Positions 39,501 to 48,520 of a stretch of DNA of 64,000 bases are shown here, one piece after another (position 1 is the stretch's first letter; every line of letters starts with the position of its first letter). Source of the DNA: Phoronis australis (lineage: Eukaryota > Animalia > Phoronida); NCBI GenBank assembly GCA_002633005.1, contig NMRA01000736.1, forward strand, positions 1-64,000, read 5' to 3'. The position numbers were made by a program, and so were the translations under genes. The notes beneath the pieces are model-generated. The model did no database searches and had not been told where the DNA came from. It saw nothing but the letters and a program-made list of their open reading frames with translations.

Positions 39501-42500
39501 AAGTGCTTCTTTAACGAAATCAAGAACAATGATCAGCTCTGGTTTGAAAATAGCAACGCATTGTTGTCGCTCTCGAATGATGCAAGAGGCAATTTGTTCC
39601 AGAACACAATCATGAGCAACCCATCGAGGTAAAAGAACACGAGGGAATGGGCGAGTTCGTTCTGAGCATTGCGTACAAGAACACTCTTGCTGGTTACCCT
39701 GGCATCAAACAGGTGGCAGCACTCGTCGACGCCTCCTTGGAGTGCAGCCAGTCGCTCCGATGGGACTGTCGTTCGGCTACCATGCACAACAAGTTTGGTG
39801 CTGTTACTTTCTGGATGAATCGGGACCAAATTGAGCAGTTCTACTGGGCAGGTAATGCTAACAATTCCAAAGAAATTACGATGAAAACGAGCAAAGGTTA
39901 GTCTATTTTTCGCAGAGGAATGGTAAATTGCCGCCACTGCACTAGTTCACTAGAGTGAGCCACGCATGTTATGCTCGGCTATACAGTTAGTGGCACTTTT
40001 CAGTAGAAGATAAACTGCAACTTGTCCGCAGAAAGCAGAATTTGCTATATAAATTTCTGATATTAAACTCAGTGCTATGTGGAAAGAATGTATAGTTCCA
40101 ACGTGTCAATTCAGCCAATCAGGTCGATGCAACATGTAAATACAACAATAGCCTGCCATTTTAGCCCACTGACACTGGTTGTGAAGAAATGGGCTTTGGG
40201 CACATGCCATGCAATATACCAGGGTAGACTCACGGTTAGAAAAAATTAGCCAGAATTTCCTGTTGTCATTTAAAATACACGACAATATCTCAGGTAATCT
40301 CACAAAGTCTTGATTTGTAGCAATATGGCCAGCGTACATGTAGGCCCAAGCCCTACTGAGCTCTACCCACGACGATGGACACTAAAAATCCAAATGCCAT
40401 CAAAATCATTGTCAATTGAGAATAATCGTGTTGCCGCTCTTAAAAAAGAACGTAAAACAACTTTACTACCACCCACGGTGCCTGTCTGAATCGACCAAAC
40501 AGCCGTATACTTGAGGCTTGGCGTGTCAGTGGGCTAGCGTAACCCATGGCTGGAATCAACGAGTTGAAATCGTTGATAGACCGCTATGTGTAACAGTGGT
40601 TTTTGCAACAGTGCCCTTTGTGTTTGCTTGGAAACTGTTTTAGTGAAACGTCATCGGAAACACTTGGGAAATAATCTGTTGTTATGGGGCGTGAAATTGG
40701 TTCTGCCGTATTTGCTTTGCGCTTATGGGACTAGACAACAGTACATGTATCTATGGTGGTCGTGGCCAGTCTGCTCTTGTCGAAACTATCCATTCTTGAG
40801 GTAAAAAACGACAATTAAAGTGCGCGAATAAACCGATTTTTATTTTAAAAAGCTTAATTAGCGTCACGTCATTTACGCCAAATGATTCCACCAGTAAGGA
40901 AAACGCGGCGTACAGTAATTATTGCAACACATAGTATAGAATGTCAAGGCCAATTGTAGGCGGAAACAAGGCAACTGGGGGCTGCGCATGCTCACTGACT
41001 GGTGACTGTTACGGCGGCCATTTATGCAACTGTGACGCCAACGACGAAATTTGGCGTTTTGACGAGGGGAACATCACTTCAAAGAAAGACTTGCCCGTGA
41101 CGACTGTCCTTGCCGGAGACACGGGTAATGCAATTAATGTTTATCCTGTAATTCGCAGTTTTTCTATTTTACGAATCTTTTCGTACATGCCTTGACTGAC
41201 AACTCGTAGTATGTATACTGGGTATAAAACGAATCGATGGCGCCATTCTAGCCATGTGCACGACCTGTCAAATGTCACCACTTCATACGGCATATTTTAT
41301 AATTCAATATTTGATGGCTGAACAAGAATAGCTCGACTCTCTAGAGCCTCCTCCATTCTGTGCGCAATTGTTCATGCTTGGTTCAAAAGCCCACCTCTTT
41401 TCATGGTGAGCACACCGTGGTTTGACATCAACGTTAATGGTATCACGCATGCGTTATTTGATTAGTCCTGCTTCTTGTTTTAGGTGATCCGACTGAAGCA
41501 GGGAAAATCACTGTTGGTCGTTTGATTTGCTCGGGAGATATCCTGTTGTAGTTACGACAAAACGCGTAATTATTCTGCACCCCATACGTATGAATCAGTT
41601 GTTTCCCCTTGTCACTACTTTCTTATCCTATATCATTGAGCAGGAAACGTCCCAATATCCCTGACCTAGAAATGAACTTAAACACATCGCCCCCTTGTGT
41701 TTAAGCTACCAAATACGCTAATATGCCTGCATATTCCTGACCCTATGTTTTCATACACCGGAACCGGATGTGCCTTCGTGCCACTGACCCAATTTCCTTT
41801 TCACTAACCGGTGTTGTGTTCTCATGCCATTGATACGGAGATGTCTTCGTACCATTGACCCAGTTGTCTTTCCATATCGCTGTCCCAGCGATGTCCTCAT
41901 ACCTTGAACCATGTGTCATCATACTAATGATGCAAATATGTCTCCGTATAATTGACGTCCTGTTTGCCCGTTCAAATCTGGGCTAAGGTGCGTCTTCCAA
42001 CCTTTGAATCAAGCCTGATGCATCAACTTGCCCATAAGTTTGTTAGTGGGGGACAAGTGAGCAGTTTGTAAACGGCGGGGACTTTTTCTTGCAAATCCAC
42101 TGGCGCACATCCAACCATGTGCACGTTCCGTAGATGTTAAACATACCCAAGTTAAACTAAAGAGATTACGTGCTTCGCTTTTAATGCATGACGATATCTA
42201 GCAAAGATCTACGTGGTCTCACTTTTTCCTAAAACAACTTGCTCTACGGTATGCAGCCCTGTCTTAGTCCTTACCGATACGCACTTGATAATGTAGAAAC
42301 CACTTACGATCGCACCATAACTCTTGGCCTATTATAGCAAAGTCTTTGGAAAAGTATTGCTCATAACAATGATTAGAGCTTTGTAGATGAATATTAATAA
42401 GTGAACTTCTGTCAGAATTTAGATGTTCCCTGGTTCGGGTTTTCAAATGGCGAACAATGTCGCCTATATATGTGGAACCACATCGAGCACAGATACATGT

Positions 42501-43317
42501 AAATGTGTATACTACCGTAGACCCATAGGAAGTTTGTCTTTAGGGTTAAATAAATTAGACCGTATTAGACAGTCGAATGTTAATACAACTCTTTAAGTTA
42601 ATGAAATTTTTCGAGTTTTCGTTGAGTAATCCTGGCGTAAAAACCAACAGAGTATTGTAAAATACTTGCAGTTAGTATTGTCTACAGGACAAATATCATC
42701 AGGGTTACGTTGTAGTCTTGCTTTCAATACCATATATTGGCTAGTTTAAAGGGATAGACATAATTTTGCAAATTTGATGTAAGTTCTTTAATCAAATCTA
42801 GCCTAGGTGTTTTTGATGCGATATACCCAATCTATTAGAGTTTTAACGCGACCCGCGTTATAAACAAAGGATGTGAAGCTATGGGCCCAGCAAGGTGACC
42901 GCTGTTTTGGCTACTGAGGATGGTGTTTCAATAAACGCCGATACCTGTCAAGCGGATTTAAATCCATCGTTGTTTTTCTCAACATATGCTGTTACTTGCT
43001 ACATGTACGTGTATCATGGAGAAACACGACAGCACATGACGTCATTTTGTCCAATGTATTTCGACGGTACTAATTAGTTTTAATTACTTTATGCTTTGAG
43101 AACTACTGTAGTAATAACTGCGTTTATAACCTCTGTTTTGCGTTGAGAGTGATAAATATTGACCGTTTGTGCAACAAATGTTACGAAACAGTTAACAACA
43201 TCCATGAGTTGTAAGGCAAATATCATTAACCCCTTCCGTCTTTTTCCAGGTGGTTATCCGGAAGAGGAAGGGAAATTGACTATAGGACCCCTCATCTGCA
43301 AGGGGGTGCTCAACTAA
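443..43317 (+). CDS. Multi-exon gene (5' end not resolved) for a large, probably secreted EGF-TSP1-SRCR-(TSP1)x25-Caspr-type fibrinogen-related-domain protein, about 1790 aa visible if all exons are joined
   Basis: 32 internal exons, all phase 1-1 with open frames, join in frame and end in either of two terminal exons. Recognisable motifs: EGF (C-C-C-CxC-C), TSP1 (WxxWxxWxxCSxTCGGG..R.R.C..C..C..CP), SRCR and Caspr FReD (CACxxxxxC...CNCD..W..DEG...LPV...GDTG). Confidence 0.9.
939..1206. mobile_element. MITE family M1 (about 250-270 bp)
   Basis: Ends CATGCGGGCATCC...GGGTGCGTGCATG; related copies at about 3482-3855, 27310-27557 and 58121-58368 (reverse) share gctcgaacgagcc..tttgg.gaa.tgggcaaaa.gtccgc. 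Confidence 0.75.
1770..5593. mobile_element. Harbinger-like non-autonomous element with AAACCTGGT subterminal repeats and nested MITEs
   Basis: Left gcagatttcatgaaggtggtttaa is inverted to right ttaaatcacctttatgaaattagctgc; many aaaccagg/cctggttt repeats at both ends. Confidence 0.6.
3669..3822. mobile_element. MITE family M2 nested in an M1 copy
   Basis: CAGTGGCGGAT...ATCCGCCCCTG ends; near-identical copy at about 62901-63055; related GC-rich MITEs at about 5062-5194, 24195-24283 and 25290-25537. Confidence 0.75.
4824..7514. repeat. About 1.35 kb tandem duplication around a single N (probably two haplotypes)
   Basis: 4824-6188 vs 6190-7514 are colinear with SNPs and indels; N at 6189. Confidence 0.85.
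7961..8035 (+). mobile_element. 5' end of a Tc1/mariner-type insertion at TA (one haplotype only)
   Basis: Flank 7885-7960 repeats at 8037-8112; the first copy continues TA|CAGTGCTGATCG..., cut by N at 8036. Confidence 0.55.
8538..8705 (+). CDS. TSP1 exon 1
   Basis: SWTFWNEWSSCSTHRTCGRGVKSRSRECTNGGRIGVDSGCYGNTVERSPCDVPGCD; tttttag / gtaagg. Confidence 0.9.
8965..9058. repeat. 30-bp minisatellite, about 3 units (repeated on the other haplotype at 9660-9752)
   Basis: cgatcaaagtctcgaggaataacgaactgc x3. Confidence 0.85.
9196..9658 (-). mobile_element. Kolobok-like element end (same family as 44859-45818), inserted at TTAA, truncated at N
   Basis: Closely matches the reverse complement of about 45357-45818; starts TTAA|ACAGTACACACCATGG. 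Confidence 0.85.
9948..10106 (+). CDS. SRCR domain exon, N-half
   Basis: ALIRLTDGETFGEGIVNIYDEARSEWAAICGQDWDVTDASVLCWQLGFDGATE matches SRCR RL..G....G.V....W..IC...W...DA.V.C.QLG. Confidence 0.92.
10512..10658 (+). CDS. SRCR domain exon, C-half
   Basis: GGVAAASSRLTLLTKLNCTGNELSLTSCLHAGWGAQCGVDEGYAYARCK; ttttag / gtttgt. Confidence 0.9.
11084..11254 (+). CDS. TSP1 exon 2 (171 nt)
   Basis: VHGDWNTWESWSQCSASCSNGTKVRRRKCDYPPALRGGRSC...CP; aag / gtaagt. Confidence 0.92.
12036..12200 (+). CDS. TSP1 exon 3 (165 nt)
   Basis: VHGVWDTWSTWATCNATCGGG...CP; cag / gtaatt. Confidence 0.92.
14191..14355 (+). CDS. TSP1 exon 4 (165 nt)
   Basis: VNGAWNVWTSWSNCNITCGGG...CP; aag / gtacgt. Confidence 0.92.
14881..15045 (+). 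CDS. TSP1 exon 5 (165 nt)
   Basis: VDGVWEVWSSWTVCSTSCDGG...CP; tag / gtacag. Confidence 0.92.
15405..17068 (+). mobile_element. Kolobok-like non-autonomous DNA transposon with decayed THAP domain
   Basis: TTAA|AGGAGAATGCTACTCAA...TTGGGTGGCATTCTCCT|TTAA; THAP-like relic ...VPAC...GISFFRLSREPEMLRKW...HLRVSGRLF at about 15576-15780. Confidence 0.8.
17184..17348 (+). CDS. TSP1 exon 6 (165 nt)
   Basis: VDGMWSAWSNYSICSTLCGGG...CP; tag / gtaagt. Confidence 0.92.
17798..17962 (+). CDS. TSP1 exon 7 (165 nt)
   Basis: DGVWYSWSPWSNCSLACGGG...CP; tag / gtatgg. Confidence 0.92.
18346..18510 (+). CDS. TSP1 exon 8 (165 nt)
   Basis: VDGFWRSWSIWGTCSASCGGG...CP; cag / gtaaga. Confidence 0.92.
18951..19115 (+). 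CDS. TSP1 exon 9 (165 nt)
   Basis: VDGMWNQWQDWSECSASCGNG...CP; tag / gtgagg. Confidence 0.92.
19951..20115 (+). CDS. TSP1 exon 10 (165 nt)
   Basis: VDGVWKDWSDWFACNATCGGG...CP; cag / gtgaga. Confidence 0.92.
20486..20650 (+). CDS. TSP1 exon 11 (165 nt)
   Basis: VDGVWLEWTSWANCSATCGGG...CP; tag / gtgagt. Confidence 0.92.
20936..21100 (+). CDS. TSP1 exon 12 (165 nt; GAG acceptor)
   Basis: VDGAWVTWSEWSSCSSSCGNG...CP; ctcgag / gtaagt. Confidence 0.88.
21368..21532 (+). CDS. TSP1 exon 13 (165 nt)
   Basis: VDGVWRAWSNWTGCSNSCGGG...CP; tag / gtaatt. Confidence 0.92.
21692..21856 (+). CDS. TSP1 exon 14 (165 nt)
   Basis: VDGVWLSWSQWTECNVTCGGG...CP; cag / gtaagc. Confidence 0.92.
22925..23089 (+). 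CDS. TSP1 exon 15 (165 nt)
   Basis: DGYYESWSAWSSCNASCGGG...CP; tag / gtagga. Confidence 0.92.
23863..24027 (+). CDS. TSP1 exon 16 (165 nt)
   Basis: VDGQWNLWSRWSQCNVTCGGG...CP; cag / gtatat. Confidence 0.92.
24462..24626 (+). CDS. TSP1 exon 17 (165 nt; no canonical acceptor, GG in place of AG)
   Basis: VDGVFEDWSSWSNCSASCGGG...CP is intact, donor gtaaga, but the exon is preceded by ...gtattctgg. Confidence 0.7.
24844..29609. mobile_element. About 4.8 kb decayed TIR element filling the TSP1-17/18 intron
   Basis: catgacgaaagttcgcctggtctc (24844-24867) is inverted to gagaccaggcgagcttttctcatg (29586-29609); contains nested MITEs. Confidence 0.5.
29980..30144 (+). CDS. TSP1 exon 18 (165 nt)
   Basis: VDGLFGEWTVWQSCNASCGGG...CP; cag / gtaatg. 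Confidence 0.92.
30545..31427. mobile_element. Harbinger-like MITE
   Basis: cag|ggatatgtttcatgaaag ... ctttcatgaaactgacc|cgg inverted ends with 3-bp CAG/CGG flanks. Confidence 0.55.
31531..31695 (+). CDS. TSP1 exon 19 (165 nt)
   Basis: DGVFDTWGQWTVCSTSCGEG...CP; tag / gtacga. Confidence 0.92.
32353..33149. mobile_element. Non-autonomous TIR element with cataaattgtcgc subterminal repeats
   Basis: tgttacgacataaattgttgccatcg is inverted to cgatggcgacaatttatagcggaaca. Confidence 0.6.
33482..33646 (+). CDS. TSP1 exon 20 (165 nt)
   Basis: VDGHFNEWSGWGDCSATCGGG...CP; aag / gtaagt. Confidence 0.92.
33786..33950 (+). CDS. TSP1 exon 21 (165 nt)
   Basis: VDGVWKSWSDWGTCDVTCGGG...CP; aag / gtatgg. Confidence 0.92.
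34277..34441 (+). CDS. TSP1 exon 22 (165 nt)
   Basis: VDGYYDSWQKWGRCDVGCGGG...CP; aag / gtaaga. Confidence 0.92.
34770..34934 (+). CDS. TSP1 exon 23 (165 nt)
   Basis: VDGIYLPWSPWASCSVTCGDG...CP; cag / gtaccg. Confidence 0.92.
35629..36049. repeat. 210-bp duplication around a single N (contig overlap)
   Basis: 35629-35838 vs 35840-36049 are nearly identical; N at 35839. Confidence 0.85.
36285..36449 (+). CDS. TSP1 exon 24 (165 nt; GC donor)
   Basis: VNGVFTTWSEWAQCSRTCGGG...CP; cag / gcaagt. Confidence 0.9.
36862..37026 (+). CDS. TSP1 exon 25 (165 nt)
   Basis: VDGVWNDWSRWSDCSVSCGGG...CP; cag / gtaagc. Confidence 0.92.
37418..37591 (+). CDS. TSP1 exon 26 (174 nt)
   Basis: [57 protein letters not shown]; tttcag / gtgagt. 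Confidence 0.9.
39232..39369 (+). CDS. Fibrinogen-related (Caspr/neurexin IV-type) domain exon 1
   Basis: PRTCREWYARGKTDSGYTEIDPDMEGPLKPFAAYCDMSNDQGITIV (C.....G..SG...IDPD..GP..PF..YCDM); cag / gtaaga. Confidence 0.9.
39603..39851 (+). CDS. Fibrinogen-related (Caspr-type) domain exon 2
   Basis: EHNHEQPIEVKEHEGMGEFVLSIAY...QVAALVDASLECSQSLRWDCRSA...FWMNRDQIEQFYWA; cag / gtaatg. Confidence 0.88.
40960..41124 (+). CDS. Fibrinogen-related (Caspr-type) domain exon 3
   Basis: GGNKATGGCACSLTGDCYGGHLCNCDANDEIWRFDEGNITSKKDLPVTTVLAGDT; tag / gtaatg. Confidence 0.9.
41484..41551 (+). CDS. Terminal exon A
   Basis: ttgttttag|GDPTEAGKITVGRLICSGDILL*; completes the Caspr-type domain (G...GPL.C.G). Confidence 0.82.
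43250..43317 (+). CDS. Alternative terminal exon B (paralogue of A)
   Basis: tttttccag|GGYPEEEGKLTIGPLICKGVLN*; same phase and length as exon A. Confidence 0.8.
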
Positions 43318-44858
43318 TCGTTATATTTACGACAAAAAGTTCAAGGTTAGATGAGTCGACGCACGGATTTGTAAATTATCCTGACAACGTACGTAACAGA
43401 AAACAATACTAGGAATACTATTAATAACACATTTTCCCGACTTCTAAATTTATACCTCCAAATTGTATTACGCTAATCATGAGGGTGGCCCAAAATTGTC
43501 ATTACACTGGAGGCGACAGAAGGTTAGACGTCCTACCATTGTTTACGACATATTCCTAGTTCAACGCTCTTATACAGTGTACCATTATTTGACGACGAGG
43601 TCAGTGGATTTTATTCCCTCGGATGGCTACATCTCATTTTCAGTGAACTTCTTTTGGCTAGAAATCGTTCTCTAGAAACATACGTATTTTGAAAAACATT
43701 TCCACGCCGCGTGACTATTCTCAATAATTACACCGCAGTTTGTTTTGAATACGTACATGTAGATGACGCATAACTAGTTCTGTATGGTTGTTGTATTTGG
43801 AAACGAAAGTTAACGACTGGAAAGCAGTGATGCACATTGTCACAGTGATTGGATAAATTAACGAATGATAAATTTATAGTTGTTGCAATCAATGTGTTAG
43901 ACTTTTTCATTTTCTTTACAAAAGCAGGTTCACATAGCCAATGACTCTATAACAAAGGAATTGAACTTCCGGGTCTCTTACAAACCTGTAGAGTTCTGTC
44001 GACAATTTAGCTTCGCCCAATGACCAAATTACACTTCCGGTAATTTCTGCGATCGGCCGAGCACTACCGAGCGGTTTATGGTTTCCGCGATTTTTGTAAA
44101 AATCAACATTCATTCATACATAAGACTTGTGGATCGAATCTGAAATAAACTTAAGATATAAGCAATGGCGTAATTCGGCGACAGTTTATGCATGTAGTTG
44201 CAAGCTTATCAGGTAGCGGCTACGCTTTCTTGCATCAGTGCAGAAGTCGCTGAATGATGCTTGCATTCGGCTTCGCTGTGTATTTCACACCTCGAAAATC
44301 CCGGACCCGGGGATCCAGGTCATCTGCACGTCAAATACGGATGTACATGTAAATGTACAAGACATTAGTTATGGAAACCAGAAACAACACGATACTCGGC
44401 TAGTAAACTGAGAGTTCGGTCTCCTGTATAAGACCGGCCCAGTGAATTACGATCAGACCCTAGAGTGTCTCCGAGAAAATTCACAAAGTTCACAATTTTG
44501 CGAACTTGAGTTGTACAAGGGATCAAATTGGTTTCTAGAGTTGCATAAGAAAGGAAACCAAGAGACAGGGTTGGAGATCTATTTCGACATGAAAGTGTTT
44601 CTAAGTAGCAACATAAAATCATGGTTAAATCCCATCCCTGAGCTCGGTCATTTCTCGAAAAACCTCGAAGCACAATTCTTTCATTATTTCTTTCAAAGTG
44701 TCGTTCGAAAATTCTCCATGTTTCTGTTCTGTATTTTATTTACACCACGTCCATGTTGTACCAACCCTCTACATGTACATGTATAAAACCACTTAAACTA
44801 GTCCAGTGGAATGACATACAGACTCCGCCCACAGTTAATCACGTGATTCTGAGCTTAA

Positions 44859-45818
44859 AGTGTACACAACATGACTCTAGTACCTCAAAATAAATTTTAT
44901 TATTATATCTTATTTGATTTCAGTGCCTTTAGTGCACAGCTCATAAAGAAACACGCAAAAAATGAAAAAATAATAATTATGTACAACGTCATGGGTTGAA
45001 CCCAAGTCGTTCGCCATACTGTTCGGATCAGAGACAAAGTGTATAGAGTGAAGAGAAAGCAAAGTACATTTAGCGTCGAGAAGGTTTGTAGAGGGATCAA
45101 AAGATGTGTTTCCGGAGGCTGCAGCAACAGCAGCCAGGCGGAGAACGTCTCGGTGTTCCGGAGGACACCAAAGTTGCGCAGAAGTGGCATCGCTTCGTGC
45201 GCCGAACGAGAGTGTGGGACGTCATCGTGGACCAAGCGATTCGGTCCGGGGCCACTCTGTGTTCTGCCCACTTTGAGGACTCGTGTTTCGACTCCAGTCA
45301 CAGGAGACGTTACGATGAAGGCCTGGTTCAATAAAGGACATTATTTATCATTCAGAAACATCAGCTCTTAATTCAGGATCGTCTGTGATGACTGGGTTGA
45401 CTCGCTGAGCCCGAGGCCGCTTCTCTCGCGGAAGGATCTAGTTCGTAAGGCTCAAAGTAGAAAAGTACGCAGCCGGAAGCAAATTAAACTTGTTCTCGCT
45501 TTCGTGCAACCCCATTTCCTCATCCTGGCCACTATTGCCGTACGTTACTTCATAGTATTTGTTCAATTGTTGCTCATAATCGTCGTCGCTTTCAAATTCC
45601 CTGCTCTCCGCTATTGTTCAATGCTAGTCACTGATCTCTTGTGTTCAACCCATGACGTCACAAGGCGGCAAATGTGAAAATTGGCAAAATTGAAAGAAAA
45701 ATCAAAATTTCGACCTAATTACACAAAATAAACATGGATCTAGCTAAATTTTACGTCATACATTTAGTCTGTGGCCACCGGTAATTCAAAATGTGCAAAA
45801 ATCCATGGTGTGTACTGT
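44859..45818 (+). mobile_element. Kolobok-like non-autonomous element with frameshifted THAP domain
   Basis: TTAA|AGTGTACACAACATG...CATGGTGTGTACTGT|TTAA; KRCVSGGCSN.. then (frameshift) PEDTKVAQKWHRFVRRTR...LCSAHFEDSCF (C2CH THAP). Confidence 0.85.
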
Positions 45819-46559
45819 TTAAGGTCGTTCAAACTGAGGGATATTACTACATTTCTGCATTGCGCAATACCCAAATTCATTATATGTTGAAATGACAAAT
45901 ACCCTACTCGACTGGCTGAAAATTACTAGCTATAGCAGTCAAGAAATTCCGTAGAATTCCGATGTGATGCCGAATGTGCACTTCTCGATCACTGGCGTGC
46001 GTCATGATTGCTGATTTCTCGCGTTGAGATTTTGGAGTTTATTTCAATTCTTGAACAGCGATTTCTCGGAGGTACGTGAATGGATTTCTATGAAAGTTCG
46101 AATACCTGGTATTTGATATCTTCTAAAGATAACACTTTCACAAAAGCTCGATTTAAATCCTATTTTTTTCAGAACAGAGCCTTCAAAATCAATAGTACGG
46201 ACGTTTTTGCTCAAAAAGTCTAAAAGTGAAAAATTAAAAACCTAAGACTCGTTTCAAAAATCTGAGACACAGTTCCCTCGAGAATGCCGCTATCAACATG
46301 TTTACCAAAGACCAGTATGATTGAAGGCACAATATTTTTAAAACCTTTGCATATTTTGTGAATTAATGAAGATAAGGAAATAAGAATACTAAATTTTGTT
46401 AGAGAAATTCATTCACTTTTCAGAAAATATATACTTTTGTAGAGATTAGAGCTAAACGAGTTTAAGATATTTGCACATCAGTACAACTTGGTAAACAAGG
46501 TTTGCAGTTGCCTTAAGACGTATTTCAGTGCAAAAGGTCAAAGCACGATGACTATGAAA

Positions 46560-46830
46560 CGTGGACGGCGCTGAAAGGAAATTGACGGTAGCAGACATCA
46601 ACGGCGACCCTGAATAAGTCAACAGAAATTCAAAAAAAAAAACGGCCGCCATGGCGTCATTGTTCAATTTCACCTAGACTAATAGAACTAGATTTTTACA
46701 AGAAACATGATTCGTGCCAATTTCATGTTGGTCGGACAGAAAATGCGCGCATGCACAGTTCAAACAGAAACAGAAACAGAAACAGAAACAGAAAGAAAAA
46801 GAAACTCACTTGGCAAAAATTCTTTTCAGA
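46560..46830. repeat. Helitron/Helentron-like non-autonomous fragment with (ACAGAA)n microsatellite
   Basis: gccaatttcatgttggtcggacag followed by (acagaa)x5, a layout typical of DINE/HINE-like repeats. Confidence 0.4.
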
Positions 46831-47779
46831 ATTGGAAAGACCTGACTGCACACACCAATGGCAATTCTTATAGTTTCGACATGTAACATATTTTGGGTAA
46901 CAGTTCTTTAAAACATGTTTTGTATGTTTTGCTGAGATGCATTAGGTGCGATCATTATTCATTTCTCTTCTGGGGACGGAAATGAGCCTTGTGATCTGTT
47001 CGGAGATCCGCAACTAATGCACCGATAATGACACAATGTGATTTACATTTCCTCAGTGGCTTAAACCCAAATCATTAGGCTTATTATTTAACCAGGAACG
47101 AATGAACAACAGACTGGGCAGTGTTTTATCAAAATCTCCAATGTTGATGGATTTCAGTAGGATGTTGGCAAACCCAAAAAAGAATTCAAGAAAAAAATAT
47201 TCGGTTGCCATGGCAGCGCCAAAAATTACGTAACATTGGTACGTCCACGAGATACGTTATAAGTCATTAAACTGTTGACATTTTTCTGATCTGTTTTATC
47301 TGAATTAGAAAAAAAACAAGGATCTTCACTGAAAACTCAAGAAGCAAATTCAAAACTTCTTGACAATGATATTTTATACGGTATTGAAAATTGGAAAAAA
47401 AAATCGGGACGGGAAAAACAGTTTTTCAGAAATCATATTTTTTCAGTTGAGATTTTGAAAAAATGTTTCTGTAGTTTTTTAGATACACATGTAAAGATAA
47501 TGCATGCCAAATTTTATAAGTATAGCTCAAACAGCTTTATATTTACAACTTTTCTTAGCACCAAAATTCACATTTAGAGAAACCAAGAAAGAAAGCTAGC
47601 AAATAGAATGCATTTTTCGTTGTCATATCCTGTTATGTATGATAAAAACACAGTTTTAATGTCATTTTTAACAGAATTTAGTCAATGTTCATCCTAGCAC
47701 CAAATGTGTTTTCTTTCTGGTCTTCCTGCTGTGTCAATTTGCAATTTTTGGTGGCCAACCTAGCTTCACGATTTCTGCT

Positions 47780-48520
47780 GTCTCCATGGACTTGCTAGAA
47801 CTAGTGAGTTTTTTCCACTAAATTTTGGCGATAACTCTCAATCCGCTCATCAGTGTTGTAGCAACCATTTTCTGCCAAAACACATGAAGGCAATACTTCG
47901 CATTCCAAGACAAGTCTGATTACAGTTCCAACACCGTAGTGACACAAAAATCCGCGTTTGTGCCAAGTGCAAGCGAACGACACCGCTATCAAACTTTGAA
48001 AGAAATGCAGGAACTCAGTGTTATGACCATGTGTTATCAATTGATTTACCTCAAACTGTGCCACTGAAGAAGCATACAATCGAAAGTCACGATCAACAGA
48101 GGTCAAGACTATTTCCTGTGAAAAGCCAGTATATTTCTCAGTTTTAATAAATGTCCAGGTTTCTTAAGAGCACCTACTAGGCCATAACAAATTATGTTGT
48201 TATTCTACTGGAACAGCATCCGGTCCTCTGGTCAACAAAACACCAGTGTCTGCGATGTCGACTTCCTCACCACTCAGCTGATTGTTATTGTGGCTATGAA
48301 CGTAAACATTAGTCACTTTTTCCTGGAACCAGAGTCTGGAACATTTCCCTCACAGTCAGACAAAATTTAGCTTGAACTATCCTTCGACAATTACCATTCG
48401 TTATCACCAGCGACACTGGCCGAGTTATTACACTCGTTGACTTGCGCCTTTTTGAATGCCAAATTTTGCCTCTCGTGGTTTGAAAGCTATTATTTCGTGC
48501 TCCCCTTCACTAATTTACCC
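47780..48520 (-). pseudogene. Decayed Kolobok/Mutator-like DDE transposase
   Basis: ..FEVN..IAVSFACTWHKRGFLCHYGVGTVIRLVLECEVL resembles the VSFDGTWxKRGFxSxYGVGxVI..LVLDxEVLS motif; stops and deletions present. Confidence 0.7.

Noticed and set aside
443-43317. Naming the gene SCO-spondin, hemicentin, ADAMTS or CNTNAP
   Set aside because: It lacks the vWD/LDLa, Ig/vWA, metalloprotease and laminin-G/TM domains that define those families
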